A DNA stretch of 42,127 nt from a virus. Under the pieces are notes generated by a model. That model searched no databases. It was not told where the DNA came from and was given only the letters and a program-made list of their open reading frames with translations. The translations under genes and the position numbers were made by a program. Below are positions 35,706-42,127 of the stretch, piece after piece. The stretch lies in the UHGV virus genome UHGV-0229413; one strand, written 5' to 3'. The stretch's first letter is position 1, and each line of letters begins with the position of its first letter.

Positions 35706-37669
35706 GACGAGGAGAGTTATTAAAGCTTCCAGAGTTAAAAGTAACGGAAACTATGCGAAAGACAGTCAGGGAAGATCAAGGACATCAGGTACTAAGATGT
35801 GGAAGACCACCTGTCTGGAGTGCAACATATTATTGGTTCTATCGTGCCAAGAAGACAGGAACGGTTTTAGAGATCGATGTATTTACAAGGGATATGATCT
35901 TGGCTGGCACAGCACATCCGGAATACCGGCTATTCCTTTTGGAAGAAAACAAGTACTACACCTATGACAATTTGTGTGAGAAGTGGAGAACTGCAAAAAT
36001 AGATAACTTAAGCTACATGGAAGGATGTGAAGAGATACAACAAGGGTACTGGTACAGTAGCAGAAAAGTGTGGATACGAGAAGAGGATCAAAAACGGATC
36101 TCAGAATTTTGTCACAACGGAAAGAAAGAGCCACGTGCAGCAATCGCAAGATGGCAAAATTACAGTAAGGGCAGAAAAGAAATTGACGAAATTGATTCTG
36201 AGATGGCACTGGTGCCGGAACTGCCAAAAGATTTTGATGATTTTGTAGATCGGGAAGTCCTTCCACAGTATTTGTTTTATGATGCCGGAAGAAAGGTAAC
36301 AAAAGGGTATTGTACACACTGCAGAAAAGAAGTGAAAATCCAGAAGCCTCACTATGGGGAAGTGGGAGAATGCCCATCCTGCAAGCATCCCGTTACCTAC
36401 AGAAGCCGAAAGAAAGGCGGAAATGTCCATGTAAGAGGGTATGCAGGGCTCCTGCAGAAAACAAAAGAGGGATATGTATACCGATATTTTGAGTGTTACC
36501 GGAAATTCAGGAATGGACAGAGGGAAGAAGGTGGATACTGGGAGACGATCCGGATCACATATGACCGGAATTTAAAAAAGATTCATGAATTTGAATATGA
36601 ACAGTATAAGCAGACAGACTGGGTTCGATGGTGTTACAGAGACAGATGGAGATATTATGCAAAAGTGGCAGAGCATGAAGCAATCCTCTATAACCGAAAT
36701 CTCAAACAGATTCTAAAGGGAACACCGTTTCAATATTCTGCAATGGAATATTTTGTGAAACATGGGAAATATCGGGAAAAAATGTATTTGGATCAATATC
36801 TGGAGGGATACCGGCATATGCCTGGAATCGAACAGCTGGTAAAGTGTGGGTTTTACAGAATTGTCAAAGAAAAAATGCAGGGGTACAACACAGGAAACTT
36901 AAAGAAGAAAGAGAGGTCTTGTAAAAAGATACTGGGGCTAAACGGGGAATACTACCAGCTGTTGGCTGGAAAGAATCCAAGCACAAGGGAATACAACACC
37001 ACTTATAAAATGCAGGAAAAGGGATTGCATCCAACATGGCAGCAGGTTCAGTTTTTTGCAAGGTTTCCGAGGAATTTCACCAGGTATATCCGGTATACCA
37101 CCATTCACAAGATGGAACGGTACATCAAAGAAGTGTTAGGAGAAGATGAGAGACAAGCCGTGGATTATCACGATTATCTGAAGATGGCAGAGGAACTGGG
37201 GTACAACATGCGAGAGCCGTGGATCTTATTCCCGAAGAATTTGAAGCAGCGTCATGAAGAGTTGATTGAAGAGAGCAGAGAACGAGAAATAAAAGCCAAA
37301 GAAGATTTGGACAATAAAAAAGACAAAAAGTACGAGCAATACAGAAAACGGGACAGCTATCTGGAAATGGAAACAGAACAATTTTTATTGAGGCTTCCGA
37401 AACGGATCCATGAAATCCGGCAGGAGGGAAATGCCATGCATCATTGCGTTGCCACGTATATTGACCGGGTGGCCAAAGGGGAGACAACGATTCTGTTCCT
37501 GCGAAAGAAGCAGAATCCGGAAACACCGTTTTACACGATGGAGGTAAACAATGGAGCCATGATACAGTGCAGGGCAAAATATAACGGACCTATGACAGAG
37601 GAAGTGAAAGAATTTGTCGAGCTGTTCCAAAAAAAGAAGCTCAGGAGCACAGAAAGGAAAGCAGGATAG
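35702..37669 (+). CDS. PcfJ-like protein
   Basis: 655 aa; C-terminal 'AMHHCVATYIDRVAKGETTILFLR' signature; start taken at ATG 35702 with a GGAGGCGGAGAA ribosome-binding site. Confidence 0.65.
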   Translation: MRRGELLKLPELKVTETMRKTVREDQGHQVLRCGRPPVWSATYYWFYRAKKTGTVLEIDVFTRDMILAGTAHPEYRLFLLEENKYYTYDNLCEKWRTAKIDNLSYMEGCEEIQQGYWYSSRKVWIREEDQKRISEFCHNGKKEPRAAIARWQNYSKGRKEIDEIDSEMALVPELPKDFDDFVDREVLPQYLFYDAGRKVTKGYCTHCRKEVKIQKPHYGEVGECPSCKHPVTYRSRKKGGNVHVRGYAGLLQKTKEGYVYRYFECYRKFRNGQREEGGYWETIRITYDRNLKKIHEFEYEQYKQTDWVRWCYRDRWRYYAKVAEHEAILYNRNLKQILKGTPFQYSAMEYFVKHGKYREKMYLDQYLEGYRHMPGIEQLVKCGFYRIVKEKMQGYNTGNLKKKERSCKKILGLNGEYYQLLAGKNPSTREYNTTYKMQEKGLHPTWQQVQFFARFPRNFTRYIRYTTIHKMERYIKEVLGEDERQAVDYHDYLKMAEELGYNMREPWILFPKNLKQRHEELIEESREREIKAKEDLDNKKDKKYEQYRKRDSYLEMETEQFLLRLPKRIHEIRQEGNAMHHCVATYIDRVAKGETTILFLRKKQNPETPFYTMEVNNGAMIQCRAKYNGPMTEEVKEFVELFQKKKLRSTERKAG

Positions 37670-38818
37670 ATGGAGGAATTACAGACAATCAGTACACTGC
37701 AGGGAGTAGAAATTGCATTACGAAAAGAACTGGAACATATAGCAGAGGGATACATTAAAGTCGGGTATCTCTTAAAAAAGACCAGAGATGCAGAGTTTTA
37801 TAAAGAGAAGGGGTATGCAGATGTTTTTGAGTTTGCAAAGGAAACCTTCAATATCAGCAGGACGTGGGCAATTCGGTTCATGCAGATCAATGATACATAC
37901 AGTATTGATGGGAACAGCCCGGAAATTCAGGAGAAATACCGGGGATATGGCAGCAGTAAGCTGTCTGAAATGTTGGCATTGCCGGAAGAAGTGCGGGAAG
38001 TGGTACCAAGAGATGCCACGGTACGGGAAATCCGGGAAGTAAAAGAAGTTATCCGGGAAACAGAAGATCGTTATTCGCCGCAGATGAGCCTGTGCGACAT
38101 CGCACCAGAAGAACACCATGGAAGCTGGACGGAAACGTTAGTGTATGAATTTTTCAAAGGAGAGGGAAAAGGCTGCTTTGAAAAAATGGCTAAATGGATA
38201 TGGGCTGACGAGTCAAAAGAAGCAAGTACGATCAACCGGAAGATCATGGGAATTGTGGCTCCAACAAAATTCCGGATGTTTCGGATGCAATTTGCAAATG
38301 CACTATTCAGTGAATTTCAGATTCGGATCATGCCATACAACGGCAGGGGAGAACCAGAAGAGATGAGCTATCTGGAGTTGGCCAAAACATTTGAACAGAC
38401 CTTTTATCCGGAAGGCAGGAAGACTTCTGATTCAGAAGCCTATGAAAGAGTTTATCAGGTGCCGCTGAGAGAAAAGAAAGAGAGGGAAGTCTTAAAGACA
38501 GAACCATTAAAGAAAAAGGCAGAACCTGCAAAAGCACAGGAAACTTTGGAAGAGCCAAAAGAAACAGAAGAACAGATTCCAGGACAGATGGAAGTGGAAG
38601 ATTATCAGGAACTGATGCCGGATGCTCCGGTTATAAATCTTCCGGAAGAAGAAAAACAGGTACATGAGATCACAGAAGAGGTGGTCCAGGAAGGGGAAGT
38701 CATAGAAGACATCTTAAAATCCGGGGATTCGGAGAAAATCATCCAGCTTCTGAAGAAAGAATTTGCCTGGCCAAAAGGCGGATGGGACAACTGGAAAAAG
38801 AAAGTGATTACTTTATGA
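37670..38818 (+). CDS. hypothetical protein with acidic repetitive C-terminal half
   Basis: 382 aa, abuts the PcfJ-like gene. Confidence 0.5.
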   Translation: MEELQTISTLQGVEIALRKELEHIAEGYIKVGYLLKKTRDAEFYKEKGYADVFEFAKETFNISRTWAIRFMQINDTYSIDGNSPEIQEKYRGYGSSKLSEMLALPEEVREVVPRDATVREIREVKEVIRETEDRYSPQMSLCDIAPEEHHGSWTETLVYEFFKGEGKGCFEKMAKWIWADESKEASTINRKIMGIVAPTKFRMFRMQFANALFSEFQIRIMPYNGRGEPEEMSYLELAKTFEQTFYPEGRKTSDSEAYERVYQVPLREKKEREVLKTEPLKKKAEPAKAQETLEEPKETEEQIPGQMEVEDYQELMPDAPVINLPEEEKQVHEITEEVVQEGEVIEDILKSGDSEKIIQLLKKEFAWPKGGWDNWKKKVITL

Positions 38819-39252
38819 GTATTGATTATAGTGATATGGCGTTTCCTAAGCCGAAAAAGAAGAAAAAGAGAATCAGCCATCCGAAAAGCATTTTGAACAC
38901 AGAAAAGGGAGTGTGCTATCTCTGTGCCAATCTGTATGGAGACTATCGGCAGCAGTATACCGAGGAACACCATGTATTGTTTGGATCCGGGATGAGAATT
39001 CTATCGGAAGCCGGGGGATTGAAAGTGTATTTGTGTGAACCGCACCATAAAAGCGGGAAAGAAGCTGTACATAATTGCAGAAAGACAAGAGAACTGCTTT
39101 GCGAGATCGCACAGAGGGAATATGAAAAGTCACACACACGGAAAGACTGGATGAAGATCAGCAAGAAAAATTATCTGGATCAGCAAGAGTTGATGAAAGA
39201 ACCGCAAAATGAAAAGCAGAAAGAAGGACATCCAGGATTCCAATTTTTATAG
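38815..39252 (+). CDS. HNH-family nuclease-like protein
   Basis: CYLC...HHVLF...CEPHHKS...HN pattern; ATGA overlap with the upstream gene. Confidence 0.5.
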   Translation: MSIDYSDMAFPKPKKKKKRISHPKSILNTEKGVCYLCANLYGDYRQQYTEEHHVLFGSGMRILSEAGGLKVYLCEPHHKSGKEAVHNCRKTRELLCEIAQREYEKSHTRKDWMKISKKNYLDQQELMKEPQNEKQKEGHPGFQFL

Positions 39253-39358
39253 CATCTCCGGCCAAGTGCCGTGAAGATACAACAGCAGGTACGTCACAAA
39301 ACCTGTCGTAAGCCATTACATTATCTCCCAGATAACTCTGGGAGAGGAAAGGAGCATC

Positions 39359-39922
39359 ATGTTTATTAAGACGAGCATATTTAAGAGAATATTGAAGGAT
39401 GCATGGAAAGGTGCAGGACTCACTGTAGGAAAGAAAGAGGAAATGTACTTCATACAGGGAGCCTATTGGATATTATTTGTATATGAGAAGGACTTTACAA
39501 GCAAGAATAAGGCAGCAGTCATTGAACTTGTGGGGGATCTTCCGGAAGAGGGCGAAGTATACAGAGCCTATGAAAAAGGAGAAAAGCAGTATGAACTAAA
39601 AGTAAGGGATGAGTGGGAATACAAGAAATGGTTATCAGCCAGAGACCGGTATGAGGATACAGAAATCAAATACAGGGGAATGGCAGTGTTACAGAATGTA
39701 GAGACAAAAGAGATGAGTTACATACCAGATCAAATTCTGGAATTGGTAAGCCTATCCGAAACAGGTGAGTATGAAGACTTTCCGACAGGACCTATGGGAA
39801 TGGGATATTTCGTCCTGTGGGTAAATGAGACTGGAATGTTATTGACTGTAAAAACACCGGCAGATGAAGAGAGCAATGGCGGGAAGATTTTAAAAGCATT
39901 AGCCAGGCTGGAAATGGAGTAG
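39359..39922 (+). CDS. hypothetical protein (187 aa)
   Basis: ribosome-binding site GGAAAGGAG. Confidence 0.45.
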   Translation: MFIKTSIFKRILKDAWKGAGLTVGKKEEMYFIQGAYWILFVYEKDFTSKNKAAVIELVGDLPEEGEVYRAYEKGEKQYELKVRDEWEYKKWLSARDRYEDTEIKYRGMAVLQNVETKEMSYIPDQILELVSLSETGEYEDFPTGPMGMGYFVLWVNETGMLLTVKTPADEESNGGKILKALARLEME

Positions 39923-39925
39923 AAG

Positions 39926-40513
39926 ATGGAAGAGAACAACGTAAAGATCACAGGAAAAATCGTAGAGGAACCAACATATTTGCTGACTGCAAGGGGCGGC
40001 AGGAAAATTTATACATCGATTATAGAAATTATGCGGACTAGCGGAGTGCTGGATGTGATACCGATCCAGGTACCGGAAGAACTGGCAGGAGAGATCTGGG
40101 ATCATGTAGGAGGCAGAATCACGCTCTTTGGAGAATACCGATCATACAATGAAAAGGATGGAGAAAGAAATCATTTGAAATTGTATGTATTTGTAAAAGG
40201 AATCAGCGAAGCTGGTGAAGCGGATCAAAACAGAATTGATCTGATTGGATATATCTGTAAACAGCCGCTCTATCGAGAGACACCACTCGGAAAAGAAATC
40301 ACGGATATTTTAATTGCAGTAAACAGGAAACACAGAAAAAGTGATTATCTCCCGGCAATTTGCTGGTATTCGAACGCAAGGCTGGCAGAAGGGCTTCCAG
40401 TCGGAACAAAAGTGAGAGCCATGGGAATGATACAGAGCAGGATTTATGTAAAAGGCGACAGCGAGAGAACAGCTTATGAAGTCTCAATAAGAGAAATGGA
40501 AGTGATCGAGTAG
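39926..40513 (+). CDS. SSB-like OB-fold protein (tandem OB)
   Basis: 'NNVKITGKIVEEPTYLLTARGGRKIYTSIIEI' and a second similar half 'NRIDLIGYICKQPLYRETPLGKEITDILIAVNR'. Confidence 0.45.
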   Translation: MEENNVKITGKIVEEPTYLLTARGGRKIYTSIIEIMRTSGVLDVIPIQVPEELAGEIWDHVGGRITLFGEYRSYNEKDGERNHLKLYVFVKGISEAGEADQNRIDLIGYICKQPLYRETPLGKEITDILIAVNRKHRKSDYLPAICWYSNARLAEGLPVGTKVRAMGMIQSRIYVKGDSERTAYEVSIREMEVIE

Positions 40514-40875
40514 TGGAAGGTTACGAGAAATACGCATCCAGGATACAGGAACTTTTATTTGACGGGATGGATGTGCATGAGGTGTGGGTGTACATGAAAG
40601 TTATGTTCCAGATTGAGAAAAATGAGATTTGTTTTCGGGCATATCTGGAGAGATCGGGACTGATCTGGTTTGCGGAAGCGGGCAGCAGAAGACAGGTCCA
40701 GATACCGGATCTGCTAGAGACCAAGAGAAAACTGGAAATGAATCGAACGAAAATTTCAAAGCCGCTCTGTAAATATCCGGATTGTTTCCGCTGTGTATAT
40801 CCGGATTGCACATGTAATGAAGGCCTTACGAAAAAAGGAAATGATGAACTGGTTCGGGAGTTGGCGAAGAGATAG
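40513..40875 (+). CDS. hypothetical Cys-rich protein
   Basis: CKYPDCFRCVYPDCTCNEG cluster. Confidence 0.4.
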   Translation: MEGYEKYASRIQELLFDGMDVHEVWVYMKVMFQIEKNEICFRAYLERSGLIWFAEAGSRRQVQIPDLLETKRKLEMNRTKISKPLCKYPDCFRCVYPDCTCNEGLTKKGNDELVRELAKR

Positions 40876-41032
40876 GGGAAAAAAGATTAATGGATGAGGA
40901 AAACACGGAGAGGAAAAGAAGAGGTAAAAGCAATGCTTATTGGGAATGGAGATTTTGTCAGACCAGTGTTGAATCCGTGTATTAAAGAGAAATGCGTAGC
41001 GTACAAGGATGGAAAGTACCTGAAATACAACA

Positions 41033-41218
41033 ATGAAGTGGAGCGAAAAGATGAGAGAACAAACATTTGAAGATATCCTGTGCATGATTAAAAGATCGTG
41101 TAACAAGAATTTCTACAAAGGCACTGATTACGATGGCATGAAACCAGAAATTGTAAGGTGTGCAACAGATATTTACATTGAACAGATGCGACAGAACGGA
41201 GGAAAGGAAAATGAGTAA
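41033..41218 (+). CDS. small hypothetical protein
   Basis: 61 aa, overlaps the next gene start. Confidence 0.3.
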   Translation: MKWSEKMREQTFEDILCMIKRSCNKNFYKGTDYDGMKPEIVRCATDIYIEQMRQNGGKENE

Positions 41219-41453
41219 GAGACATAAGTGCAAGAAAACTTTCTGCGTAGATAAATACGACGATGATGATTTCTTAATCGAAAACGATACAATTGTGATT
41301 GAAGAAGGGAAAATTTACGAGCTAGACGAAAGTGGTCACATGATGATTGGTGGTTCTGATCATGTTCATCTTGATGCTGTAGATGATGGTTCGTGGTTGG
41401 AAATTACAAAAGAGACATTGGAAGAATGGCTTGATTTGTTGGAGGTGGAGTGA
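41211..41453 (+). CDS. small hypothetical acidic protein
   Basis: GGAAAGGAAA ribosome-binding site then ATG 41211. Confidence 0.35.
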   Translation: MSKRHKCKKTFCVDKYDDDDFLIENDTIVIEEGKIYELDESGHMMIGGSDHVHLDAVDDGSWLEITKETLEEWLDLLEVE

Positions 41454-41641
41454 TGAACGTATTAGAGAAAATCGTGGAAGAAATCGAAAGCATGAAAAAT
41501 GACGCCTACGAAACTTTGAAAGAAGAAAAGCGAAGATACGGAACAAGCAAAACAGCGGAAGAATTGGAAAGCTATATTTATGGGCTGACTTGCGCAGTGG
41601 ATGTCGTAGAGAAGTATGTGGATAAGGAGAATGTGGAATGA
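41450..41641 (+). CDS. small hypothetical protein (63 aa)
   Basis: ATGA overlap; N-terminus MMNVLEKIVEEIES paralogous to the next gene. Confidence 0.4.
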   Translation: MMNVLEKIVEEIESMKNDAYETLKEEKRRYGTSKTAEELESYIYGLTCAVDVVEKYVDKENVE

Positions 41642-42075
41642 ACGTATTAGAGAAGATTTTGGAAGAAAAAGAAATTGTAGCGATCAAAGAACTAATAGAA
41701 GAAAATGAAAAATGCTTTAATCAATGCGAAGGTGCTTGCTGTGACGTGGAAGATGGTATATGCAATTGTGATGATGGCGTGATAGTGCAAGCAATTCATA
41801 AAATGAAGAAGTATTTAGAGTTGGCTAATGACACAAATGTCCCTAGTAAAAACGGTTGGATTCCGGTAAGTGATAAATTGCCGGAAGCTGGTGATGGTAA
41901 ATATTATCCATTGCTGAATGTGCAAACATCATATGGAGCTGTTAAGTGTGGTTTTTACAGAGTTAGAGACGATCGATGGTATATTTACGAAGAATTTTAT
42001 AATGAGTTCATAGAAGCAAATAAGAAAGAAGTTGTTGCATGGCAGCCATTTCCAGAACCATACAAGGAGGAATAA
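41638..42075 (+). CDS. DUF551-like phage early protein
   Basis: N-terminus MNVLEKILEEKE; 'WIPVSDKLPEAGDGKYY...FY' resembles the DUF551 W..V.E.LPE signature. Confidence 0.45.
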   Translation: MNVLEKILEEKEIVAIKELIEENEKCFNQCEGACCDVEDGICNCDDGVIVQAIHKMKKYLELANDTNVPSKNGWIPVSDKLPEAGDGKYYPLLNVQTSYGAVKCGFYRVRDDRWYIYEEFYNEFIEANKKEVVAWQPFPEPYKEE

Positions 42076-42127
42076 CATGGACATTTTAATCACAATCGCA
42101 TTCCTAGCCCTGTATTACATCCTGGGG

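Noticed and set aside
1-42127. CRISPR array search
   Set aside because: No series of regularly spaced direct repeats. The only short direct repeats are the two 22-bp att-like copies and the two hairpin repeats flanking Uma2.

Overview
The window reads as a temperate siphovirus-type phage genome from a low-GC Firmicute (Clostridia-like codon usage, AGGAGG ribosome-binding sites). Most genes are on the + strand. From the left the order is: a late-gene regulator; an AT-rich two-gene moron; a cluster of small genes flanked by a degenerate tRNA-like sequence and a tRNA-Arg(CCU); and a complete late module. The late module runs HNH endonuclease, small and large terminase, portal, ClpP-like prohead protease, HK97-type capsid with Ig-like domain, connectors, major tail, G/GT chaperone with a -1 frameshift, tape measure, Dit, Tal, tail lysin, collagen-like fibres, holin, and two endolysins. 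Lysis is followed by an att-like region with two 22-bp direct repeats and a 12-bp inverted repeat. Next comes a leftward lysogeny operon: CI-like S24 repressor, PH/SHOCT protein, DUF4236 membrane protein, YgiT zinc-ribbon plus Uma2 nuclease pair, and a tyrosine integrase broken at an A6 tract. A rightward early region follows: Cro-like and XRE regulators, Xis-like HTH, Rep_1 rolling-circle initiator with a CTTGATA nick motif, RNase H-like protein, PcfJ-like protein, HNH nuclease, SSB-like protein and DUF551-like small genes. The lysis-to-integrase-to-early-genes order suggests a circularly permuted complete phage, or an attR junction with a second element. No CRISPR array is visible. The best candidates for an undescribed system are the AT-rich soluble-plus-membrane pair at 1243-2636 and the cargo between cI and int (27.1-30.1 kb).
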